A stretch of 64,000 nt of DNA from assembly GCA_951406725.2 (NCBI GenBank), contig OX597815.1:79422001-79486000 (forward strand), given 5' to 3'. The first letter of the stretch is position 1, and every line of letters begins with the position of its first letter. Source of the DNA: Octopus vulgaris. Lineage: Eukaryota. Of the stretch, positions 39,690 through 51,369 are shown in pieces. The notes below the pieces were generated by a model. It had not been told where the DNA came from. It searched no databases and saw nothing but the letters and a program-made list of their open reading frames with translations. The position numbers and the translations under genes are program-made.

Positions 39690-40230
39690 GTTTTCCCATG
39701 CTTGCAAGAGTCTTTTCCAGCACAGTACCTTGCTACTTGTTGTTGCCTCTTGTTATCTGCTTCATAATGTTCAGTATTTCAAGATAAGCCTTCATCACTT
39801 CATGTTTTCTTTGATCATCTCCACAGGTTCCTTCCACTTGGATCACTTGGCAATTCTTTACCCAATAGTCATCCTCCATATGCATCATATGTCTGTAATA
39901 GCAGTTTTTTCTTCAGTATGCTACATCTGATTCGTTTTTAATTCAGCATTTTTCTCGCCTCATTTGTGCTCCATCATCATTCGTGCACACTTTACACCTC
40001 CAACAATGTATATATACCTCATTTTGTTCCAGCTCTACATATCCTCTACATTCAATATCCATCTTTCACTATGTTATATTGCATTTCATATACAAGCATT
40101 ATACAATCTGCCTTTAACTTTGAGAGAGAATACCTTTGTTGTCAGCAGAGGCAAAAAGTTCAGCTTCCATTCTTACTCAGACAGCTAGGCTTTCAGAGCA
40201 CCCATCTGCAGTGTTGACTAGGTTACTTTG
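39690..40230 (-). mobile_element. Decayed RTE LINE 3' fragment
   Basis: Reverse complement resembles 53740-54130 (LPLLTTKVFSLKVKGRLYNACI). Confidence 0.65.
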
Positions 40231-43200
40231 GTAATATGAAAACAATAGTTAAGTTAGTGTGAAAATATTTAATGTAGAGAATATTAAAAAAAATCTAATT
40301 AGAAATACTTGTGATAAGGAACAGGCAACATTAATGCAATAATGAATATTTTTATGTTCGCTACATTAAATATATTAACTACTGAATAAAGTTTGTTGAC
40401 ATGTCTGAACAGCTGAGATGAACTATCAGGCTAATTAAAGATTTTTTACTTATTCATAATTATTATAGCCACATCATCATTTGTTGTTTCTAATTACATA
40501 ATCTTTCCATATGTTTGATCTAAGATCATTGTCAAGTGTTCTCTTCTGGAATGTATACTTAGACTGAAATCTTGGAACCTTTATTTTTAAACTTGATTTC
40601 CAGACATTAATACAATTTGCTTAGAAATAAAGGTCATGAGTTCAAATCAAGTTTGAGAAAATGTATAAGCTCAGGAACATGACATCTGATGAGAAACGTA
40701 AAAGATGAAGTTAACAGTCCAGAAAACTCTAATTCATAAAATTTATGTTTCACTGTGAACTCAATTTTCTTTCTCATCAGTATTTTTTGTTACAAATAGC
40801 TCACAAATAAATCTGTATGAGAGGATCACATTTTTTTTAAAAGATGCAACTTGGAATGTAGACGTTGTTTATATTATTTTTAGTTAGGAAAGAAATGTTC
40901 TAATGAAAACTTGGAAATTGAAATATGGATTACATAGTTCATGTGCATTGAGATGAAAAATGTTTATGAGAATGTTAAAATATTTTCTAAGCTAATTAAG
41001 GTAGACATCATATACATATATAACATCGTGGATTCATAGATTAGTTGAGTGTGTGTGTGTGTGTGTGTATGTATAAAACATAATAGGTTAGGTGAGTGTG
41101 TATGAATTATATATAGCTTTTCCTTTATGGAAAACTGGAAGATAGCTGAATTCCTGGTATTTTTGTAGCAATGGATAAAATGTGATTACTGAAATTAAAC
41201 TTACCAGTAAACTGAATTAGTAAGATATTAATACTATTTGCAGAAAATAATACAGGAAACCAAACTCATAAAAAAACAAAACAAACAAAAGAAAAAACAA
41301 AAAAAAAGGCTATTCATGTCAGACTTCAACAAAAAATTTAAAGCAATACTGACATAGTTAGAAACGTTATGTTTTACAGAACAAAAACATATGTTTAACC
41401 TACATACTTAACTTTTTTTATGTGAGCTAATTACTAATTTATTAACGATATTTTCAACAAAACCCTTTGCACTAAAATTCAGTTCATTGAGATTTTCCAT
41501 ACTTGATAATGTTTGGACCCCAACACCATGGGAATAATCATTAGATCACCTGGAAATGTTACTTGTGATACCTTATTATAGGAGATTCACATTTTATTTG
41601 CTTCACATTATAAAATCAGAATTAAATACTGACTCTCAAAGTCCTTCAGGGTTTAAGAGATGTTTACGTTTATTTTTTCACTCTCATATGTTGGTTGTCA
41701 CATTTTCATGTAGTATGTTGAGGAGAAATCAGCTTGGCAAATAAAAGTTGGTAATATCCAGATTAAGGTAAATATTAATATGGAAATCAAACATTATCAT
41801 CTTATATGCAGTTTCACACAATGACAACTACAAACAACCATGACTAGAAAGTAAAGTTAAGCTAAAAATTAGCTTAGAGACCAAAGTGTGTGCTTATTAG
41901 AATATATTATTCTTCAGTAAATATTGATTTTACTATACTTATCATGGCATTTATTATCTTTATGGTAGTCATGTGATCTCCACCTTTGGTAACCACAATG
42001 TGAAAAAAAAAAACAATGTTACAATTATAGAAAATTTACAAAAATATCAAAAATATGTTGCCAATAAATATTCTATTTATCTTTATATATAATATGTTTC
42101 ATCTTGCTTGTCATCATATTTTGAAAGCATTAACTGAATGAAACCAATATTTACCTCATTCTTCTAACACGTGTCTATATATGCAAAGAGGAACACTATG
42201 GTTAAAGAATAATATTACATAAACAGCACAGGAGACAAACAAGACAGAATAATAGTAAAATATATAAAAATTACTTTACAGTGTAAATAATTACTCTCTT
42301 TTTATTATCAGACAAACAATAAATTCAATTGAACTGACTCAAAATGTAAATGAAACATTTTTCAGATCAGTAAAAAAAATATTCTGTTGTGGCTAAGTCA
42401 GACAAGCAAAAACATCATACATGACCTTAGGATGGCCTTCAAGGTTAGTGAGAGGGAAAGTAATTAAGAAACAACATTCTTTGGATAGGAAGCAACACAC
42501 CAATTAATCTTCTAACAAAAGACCTGATCTAGATTTTTACAACTGAGCAGATTCTACTAAAGGTAGCCAAAGGCCAGATAGTGGTGTTAAACTGGGCAAT
42601 GAATTAGGTCTACCACCATTCAAGAATGAGTACAGGCCCATGGAATTCTGCAAATTTCCATCAACCCAACTTCACTTACAAGACTAGGGGTCATGTCAAG
42701 ATCACAATGAAAGACACTGCTCAAGTTTCCACACAATGGGACAAAGTTTGGAGGCACATAATTATGGATGACTGAAAAATCTGAAAGTTGGATTATAAAA
42801 ATAATGCCACACAAAGTGTAATGAGCCATAAGACAAGCCAGTGGACATGTGCATCATTATCTTGTCAGACCTTGCAGCTGGAAGGGAAAATTGATTAGAT
42901 ATTGACTTAATGGATATTTGGGCCACAGTCTATATTCTCTCACATGCATCCATGACAACTAATTCTCAATGACTTATTCTAAATAGCTATAAATAGGTAC
43001 TGTAGGAGACACAGCTTAACACTGGATGCAGCAGTACAGCAGTAGTAGCACTGTATAATTGATGGCTGTTTCATTAGGTTGCGGTACTACTGAGTTCAAA
43101 TCTCTCCACCATGTTTATAGCTGGAGAAAGGCAGGCTTTCCACACATTACCCATCCGTGGTTATTTATTGAATTATCCAAACGAAACAAGGGTATATATT

Positions 43201-43915
43201 GAATGGTTTCATCACAAGTTATCTTCATACATACACATCAAACTATGAACACTTCACAGCAAGTGCATATTGATTACTGATAAAAATATAAAAACCTTGG
43301 GTGTGAGAAAAAGTGTGCAACATTACAGAAACACCCCTTATATCAGTATATACTACTACTACCACCACCACCACCACCACTACTACTACAATAACACATG
43401 TCAGGATTACACAGCATCCCTTTATTTATCATATGCTCAAACATATGAACCATTTTATGTGGTCATTCGAAATGCTAGCAGCAGCCCCTCAAATCACATC
43501 CTACTGGATGGAAGGTTTAGTCAAAGAAGGGTGGTGCTCCTGAATATTCACAAGAGCTCTGAGGGTGGTAGGAGGAAAGGGTAAGTTCTACAAACACCAG
43601 AGTACTGGCCTAATTACAGAGTGCTTTCTGTTAAAGGCATCCAAGGGCCAGGTGCTGGTAATGGAACAAGTTAACCACCAAAACAAAAGGGTATCAATAC
43701 AGTTTTTGTCTACAAAATTTCACTCATAATGCATTAATTGATCTGAGTCTATCACAGAAAACATTTGCCTCAAGTGCTGTGCAGCAGAATTGATTCTGAA
43801 ACCACATTGTTACAAAGCAAATTTTTAAACCACATCACCATGGCTGTGTCAGTGTAGTTCTGCATAGGATTTCTCTGAAAATAAAATTAGGTGAACAGGT
43901 TGGAAATATTTTTTA

Positions 43916-44218
43916 TAAAAAGCACCATCCGAATGTGGCCGATGCCAGCGCCGCCTTGACTGGTTTCTGTGCCGGTGGCACATAAAAAGCACTAACCAAT
44001 CATGGCCATTGCCAGCCTCCCCTGGCACCTGTGCTGGTGGCACGTAAAAAACACCCACTACAATCATGGAGTGGTTAGCGTTAGGAAGGGCATCCAGCTG
44101 TAGAAACACAGCCAGATCAGACTGGAGCCTAGTGCAGCTTCCTGGCTTCCCAGACCCCGGTCGAACTGTCCAACCCATGCTAGCATGGAAAACAGACATT
44201 AAACGATGATGATGATGA
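43916..44218 (+). mobile_element. SINE 3' part (tandem modules, Meta-like box, RTE tail)
   Basis: GTGCCGGTGGCACATAAAAAGCAC; GCGTTAGGAAGGGCATCCAGCTGTA; (GAT)n tail. Confidence 0.9.
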
Positions 44219-45002
44219 ATTGACCAAGACTAAGTAAGAACCTTCAAACCTAATATACACAGAAGTAGAACACAATGAAGGTGACCTGTGTCAGCAAAAC
44301 TTATTAAGTAAAATTAGTTAGTACTGGACAAGTTGAATACCAAAGGAAGTAAAAGAATCTGACAATTTGGGGCTGTTCCTTCATCTGAGTCAGAGTAAAA
44401 AAGAGGATTTCAAGCACTGAAAAGTTTTTTCACATACAAAAGGACATCTCAAAATCATCACATCTTCGATCCACATTATTTGAACTTACCCCTAACTCAC
44501 AAACTTCTCTTTCACACTCACACATCTGTTTAAATAATGAACTGAATGTCGCCTAACTAGGAAGGTATATTTTAAAATTAGATAAGTAAATTTAGAAAGG
44601 ACGTGCAGACTTTGTTAACTCAGCATATTGAAACTGCTATATTAAAAACACCCACTAAACTAATCATCTTATTTTGTAAACCAGTCTGATACAGCAGGAA
44701 GATAAATGACTCATACTTTTACATAAATGATCAACGTCAAATTTTTCACAATTTCTTTTATTCTTAATGATAATGATATAATAATCCTATATGATTAAGA
44801 TAAATAAAATAAATTGTCTCGGTTCATGATCACACCTTGAAATTTAACAAAAATATAGGAAGGAATGTCTCATTTAAAATACCTTAACTGAATGCACAAC
44901 ACTTTATATCACTATTAACCATAAAGTTGTCAAAAAATGGCACCAGAAAACGAAAATATGCTTTTTGTTTATTTGCAATCTACGGATTGCAAGGCTCTAA
45001 GC

Positions 45003-45776
45003 TAGTGGTTCTCAACCAGGGTCCATATGGCCCTTGGGGATCCATATAAGATTTTGTTATAATTTTTGAGCAATAAATTGCTTATATTTCAATAATACAC
45101 AAAATAAGAAGTCTGCATCCCAACCATATGGTTCTGAGTTCAGTCCCACTGCATGTCACCTTGGACAGGAGTCTTCTACTATAGCAAGAGGCCGACCAAA
45201 GCCTTGCAGATGGATTTGGCAGATGGAAACTGAAAGAAGCCCATTGTACATGTGTGTGTGTGTGTGTGTGCATATATATATATATATATCATCATCATCA
45301 TCATCGTTTAACGTCCGTTCTCCATGCTAGCATGGGCTGGACGGTTCGACCGGGGATCTGGGAAGCCAGAAGGCTGCACCAGGCTCCGGTCTTATTTGAT
45401 ATATATATATATATATATATACACACAAGTGTGTGTGTCACCCCACCACTGCTCAACAACTGGTACTGGTGTGTTTATATCTCCATAACAGTGGTTCGGC
45501 AAAAGAGACAGATAGGAAAAGTACCAGGCTTAAACAAATAAATACTGGGGTTGATACATTTTACTAATAATTCTTCAAGGCAACAGTGCTCCAGCATGGT
45601 CGCAGTATAATGACTGAAACAAGTAAAAGTTTTAAAATATTTCCTAATAATATTTAATTACACCAGGACTTTATATTCATCTTCTCTCTCTCCCTCTCAT
45701 TAAATGGCTATGAAGGTCCAGTAAAGAAAATAGGAATCAGAAGGGTCCCTAGGCAAACAGAGGTTGAGAAGCACTG
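45003..45776. mobile_element. hAT-type MITE with 8-bp TSD, containing nested SINEs
   Basis: TIRs TAGTGGTTCTCAACC / GGTTGAGAAGCACTG. Exact TSD CTCTAAGC at 44995-45002 and 45777-45784. Confidence 0.85.
45105..45630 (+). mobile_element. tRNA-headed SINE, itself interrupted by a minus-strand SINE tail (45289-45397)
   Basis: GAGTTCAGTCCCACTGC..CACCTTGG, GGAAACTGAAAGAAGCCC, CAGCATGGTCGCAGT...ACTGAAACAAGTAAAAG. Confidence 0.8.
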
Positions 45777-45899
45777 CTCTAAGCAGTGCAAGCCTGTTTA
45801 GCTTATGCCTAAAAACTGGAACTGTCTTTATGACAGGGATAGAGAACTTCTTAGCACTAGGGGCGAACTGCATGCTGAGAAAATTAATGGATATTTTTT

Positions 45900-47800
45900 G
45901 TAACGAATTCATAGGTATGCGACTTCCCGTTTTGGTCAGATGGGCTTAAAAGTCTGGGTTTTTTTATGTTTTTTTTTTTTTGTAAATTCGTCAACGTGAG
46001 GTTTCGAACCTGCATGCAGGCAAGCTCCTCCCTCCACGTGTAATTCTTCTACGGGGTCAATGTAACCCCGAATACATGATTCATAAAAATATGACAAGAC
46101 GATAATGGCTGGAATACCTTTGGTCATACGTCGGAACGATCACGGATAATCTGGGGCTAGGTAGGCCCAGAGACGTAGGCAGGATTTCGACCGATGAATT
46201 CCTTCAATTATTAAAATAGACCCACCATTAATCATCTCATTTATCCATTTCATTTATGAAAAAACATATTGTTTTTCTTTTAAAGAAAGAAAATCATATT
46301 TACGTAGAGCTGCAGTGAGATTCGTTCAGGCCTGTCAACCCCAGACAGCTGAGTATGGATTGGCCTGCTAGAAATAACAGCAATAAAATCTCTCAAATCA
46401 CGCCAGATACTCTATGTCTATCAAGATGGTCATAGGCCTGTCCGGACACCACCGACCTGGGGCTAAACAATGACTGTTTTCTCTGCTGTAAGAAGGTTCA
46501 AAGTTTACGGATTACAATAAAAGAGTGACAGGTACCTGTTCGACTAATAATTACGGTGTCAACGAAGTTATTATCTTTTGAATAATGTCTGGATTTTTAA
46601 ATTTTTGTTTTTATCTTATCTATTTTCGTTGTTAAGCGACATTTATGTGATTAGCTATATTGTTGTTTAGCCACAGGTCAGCAGTGATCAAGCAGACTTA
46701 GGAATGACGTTCCAACTATGAGCATCATTTCTTTTTTTTTTTTCTTTTTAGATAGATTATCCAATGTTTTTCATGTTTTAAGACAGTAATATGTATTGAG
46801 AAGATTTGTCTGTGGTTTGTAGTACGTCGAGCGACCATGTAGAGGCTGCCTCGGGTTGCTTATTGCATGAATTTGAAGGATGTTTTTTTTTTTTTATATA
46901 ATGCTAGAAGTAGGCGGTATGGGTATGTGTGCGCGTGCGTACGAGAAAGTGCAGACGTGTACGGGTATGTGTGAGAGACTAAAGTTGATGAGATGGCAAC
47001 CAGATTACTGGCTGGCCGACTGCGACTGCTTGCTTACTGAACAATTGACATAAGGTACACACATTTGACATAGTGAGAATGACGAAGGAAAAACTGACAG
47101 ATTCCTAAACAGGTAAAAGGGTGACAGAAAGGCAAACAAACGTTCGGACTGAAGGGAGAGAGAGAGAGAGATGGGGGCGGGGACAGAGACTGATGTAACA
47201 GACAAAAATATGTGCTGGTATGTAAAGGTTGATGGTGGGGAGAGGTAAGATAAAAGACGGTCTGTTCACTGTTTAAATCATGTCTGTTACAATAATGATT
47301 TTCTTTTCTTAGTGGAATTTACATCCACAGCGTATAAAATACACGATACGAAGCCATCGATGAAAACATGGTCACTCGTTGTCACAAGCAGTTTCCACAT
47401 TTCCCTCAAATCACATTCACTGTCTTTTATAGGAATGGATAGATAATGGAATCTTAAATAAAAGATCTTTGATAAAAAAAAAAAAAAGCTCACAGTATAG
47501 TCAAGATCTTTTATCCATAGGTTTAAGGTAAGGCTGAATACCATCAGATTACACCCAAATCTTTTTTTTTAAAAAAGGCGTGGGGATATATTGTTGAAAA
47601 ACTTCGTCTAAACATGATAGTCATGACAGGAACGACAAAAAAAAAAGGATGGTTACAACAGATCATACTTTTGATCCATTGGGCTGTACTATCACGGCTG
47701 ACCTGCAGCCTTTCAACTATATATACAGCGACTATATTTATTTGTTTTTGGTAGTTGTGCGTGTGTAAGAGAGAGAGAGTAACATGACAGTTAAACATTT
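45900..47800. promoter_or_regulatory. CpG-retaining, promoter-like region with GC box
   Basis: Visibly higher CG density than the flanks; GGGGCGGGG at 47174-47182; (GA)n tract at 47155-47171. Confidence 0.45.
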
Positions 47801-49035
47801 CATATTTTTGTTTAATATCAAAAGAACGACAAAAATGAAAGGTGATCGATTAGTCCCAAAGGAAACATTGCAGTTTCACATTACTCTTCTCCAGTACCAA
47901 GAATGGCAGGAACTCGAACTAAATGTTCCGAGACATTTAGATATACAATACATTTTTTTTTTTACTTCAAATCTTTTCAGGGTTTTAGTTTACATTTTAT
48001 TCCCTCCTGGATCAATTAAATAAGTAACAGTTCAATCTTGAAGGCTGAACCATTTACACACTGCCCTAAAGTAAATATATACCCTTATACAAAATGATGT
48101 TGATAATTCTAATGTTCCTAGTGATGTAGCAGAAACAGTAGAATGTCAGACTAAATGGTTTATGGTATTTAATTTCCTAACTCTGCATTCTAACTTCAAA
48201 TCCCACCCAGGTTGGCATAGCCTTGAATTTTTTCAGGGTTGATAAAACTGTATTGAGTTACCAGTCTTATAACTCATTACAAAAGAATAAAAAAAAACTG
48301 TTCCCTACAAATATGTGGCCTTGTGCTTTTATGAGACATCATTGTTATTATCATTAGAGGGTAGCAGAAGTATTAGGAGGATGTCAGACAAGTGAGACTG
48401 TGTGCTAACTTGGTTTGTTTCCACACACCTTACCATCTTAATGGAATGACATCTGTCCAACATAATCTGGAAATACAATCATGGTCTATGCTAGATGTCT
48501 ATACTAGATGAAGGCTGACCTAAAGTTAAACCTTGCATCCAGAGTTAAAAACACTGCTAGGCAAGAATTTGTTTCATCCTTCTGGAAAGGTTGGAAGTTG
48601 ATAGGGCACATACAAGAGGTCCAACTAGTTGACTATGATCCACTGAAGGAGTAAAAACTAACAACCAAAATCTTCCTCATATAACACCAAATCATCTTAA
48701 AAGAAAAATAGAAAAGAAAAAAGAAAAACATTTCAGATAATGTGCAAGACACATTATACCTAGGAAAAAGATTGGATGTCATGCTTTGATCATAAGTTTG
48801 GTTACCTGGGGTTGATCCAGTCTTAAATCACAGGAATAAACTTGAGTTATCTTTAACTTTTAAAATCCACATGGATCAATAAAAGTAGAATATTAAGACT
48901 ATATCAGTGAAGTATTAGGACTGATTATCCTGTCCAACTGCCAAATATTCCACCATCTTCATGCCTATGTTAGAAATCATTATTCCTGTTTTAACCCAGA
49001 TCCTATCTAATTAATTGTTAATATAAGTACCAGGA

Positions 49036-49230
49036 AAGGCAGCAAGCTAGCAGGATCTTTAGAATGCTGGACAAAATGCTTAACAGCATTTCATTTGTCA
49101 TTACATTCTCAGTTCAAATTCCATTGAGGTTGACTTTGCCTTTCATCCTTTCGGGGGTTGATAAATTAAGTACCAGATGATTCACACCCTCCCACAAAGT
49201 TGCTGACTTTGTGCCAAAATTTGAAAGCAA
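49036..49230 (+). mobile_element. Deu/Nin-like SINE
   Basis: GACTTTGCCTTTCATCCTTTCGGGGGTTGATAAATTAAGTACCAG. Confidence 0.8.
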
Positions 49231-51369
49231 TATAAGTATCAGGAGTCATCAACTGTACTGTTTCCATGACTGATCTATATTCCTCTGCCAATCTAAGAAA
49301 TCTTGAACGCTAACTATATAAAGTAGTATAACCCACTCTGCCTCTTCAACATCATCACCATTTTCCATACTGGCATGGGTTGGACTTATGAGAAATATGT
49401 CTTAGTTTTGTTTGTTGTTTTTGTAAGTTTTTTGTTTCTAATTTTAAGTAAAGTGTTAGTCTTCTATTGCAATACCATTTACACTTAGGATATTTTTACA
49501 GGCATATTATTAAACTGACTCCAGTATGTGACCAGTAGTTAACTGACACTGGAAGGGTGAAATGCAAAACAGGGCCTGTAGTAAAGAGCTGTAATTGATA
49601 ACCTGGGCATTTCCAACACCTAATGATCCTGCTAATCTACTACTGCCAAGTGTTGCTGCATAAGTTAACAAGAAATACATACACTGACATATGTATGCAT
49701 ATGTTCACATATTTCAGTTTATAAATATATACATTTATTTGTGATGATGATATATGCCAAAATAGAATGCAGAAGCAAAATGTGGACTCTGCAAGCCACA
49801 TCCCAGGTTACCTGTCTAGAAGGGCAATGTATCTGAATAAGAACTGATCCAGGATAGGATCAGCCCTCCTCACATGGCAAACTCTCTTGCACTGGTGACA
49901 TAAAAAAATGTATCCCATACACTTTAAAGCGATTGATAATAGGAAGAGTGGCCAGTCATTGGGAACATTCCAAAACAGACTGTATGAGTAAGATGTGGAC
50001 TTCATGAGCCATATCACACAGTACCCATCTAGAAGGGCAAGTAATTCCAAGTAAAAACTGTTGTAGAGTAAAGGAAACTCTTTAGCCTTCCTTACATGAA
50101 ACTAACAAAACACTGAGATGCCCAGTTTTTCTTTTGTTATATGTGACATGGAGTGTGACAACCAAGTCAAGCCATGCCAACATGGAAAAACAAACGAAAA
50201 ACGATGACGATATATAAATATAGAAATACATCCACACAAAGTTTATAAATATATAAAAAGAAAAAACAAATTGTCAAAAGAAAAATATGCTCTTTTCACC
50301 AAGACATAGCCACAGTTATTCAGAGATAAGCTATTCTTGCTGATCCCCTCCCACTTTGCTTATTATTTCTATACCTATCTGCCTTCACACAAACGTTTAT
50401 ATAGGCTATATATATATACACATATATGTGTGTGTGTGTGTGTGTTTGCATACAAGGATATATTCCTAATATAAGTCTTTATTTTAATTAGTTTGAATAG
50501 GAAGGAAGTGGAAGGGTCAAGCTATACCTTTTAATATTTTTTTCTTTCCAAACTCGCTTAACAAAAACTTTGACAGCCAACTGAATGATGACAAATCAAC
50601 AAGGTAACCTCTACGACAACCTTTTTATTATCAGCAGGCCTAACAGAGATACTGTTCATCATAAATCAGGACAAAATAATAACAACAAAAATATATCTTA
50701 GTAAGTGAATCATAAAAATATATTGAAGGGATTAAGTTACAAAATTACAGGAAGTCATAATGACCTGCATGCAGTCCAAGTGCCACATGTTTGCCATACC
50801 TACTCTATAGGGTTGTTTGACAGGTAGAAATAGCAGCAAAAATCTGTCTAAAATCACACCTTACAGACTTGACTAGGAACAACATATTGAATAATGTGAT
50901 TCTAACAGACACTGTTTGCAAAAGACTGGATGGTGAAGCATGCATGCATACATACATACATACATACAGGTAATATACATGTGTTTGTGTGTACGTGTGT
51001 TATATATATATATAGGATCTACTGTTCTTTACTTAGCTTTCAAGTTACCTGATTATTATAACGGTATATGTATGAAGAAAAAGAATAAAAACAGCTGGTT
51101 TAAAATATGTAAACATATTTACAGGTCAATCCCAGATTAGCCGTCACAATAAAATGTATAACACCCAAATTCAATTATACTGTGTAAGGCAGGAAGGAAG
51201 AATGACTGACAAGCTAGCTGGATAGATATTTGTATGTATGTAGATATATACGTGTGTGTGAGCATGCATGCATGTGTGTGTATCCCATTGTTTGCTGTCA
51301 GATATTTGCACCAACTTCCTCCTTTCATTAGGTGTAAACAAATCTAACACTACCCATCCACTCTTTCTA

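Noticed and set aside
40683-40705. CTGATGAGAAACGTA hammerhead-like core
   Set aside because: No stem II between CTGATGA and GAAAC, and stem I does not pair next to the cleavage site.
46993-47040. Short ORF MATRLLAGRLRLLAY resembling a mitochondrial presequence
   Set aside because: Stops after 15 codons with no donor before the stop.
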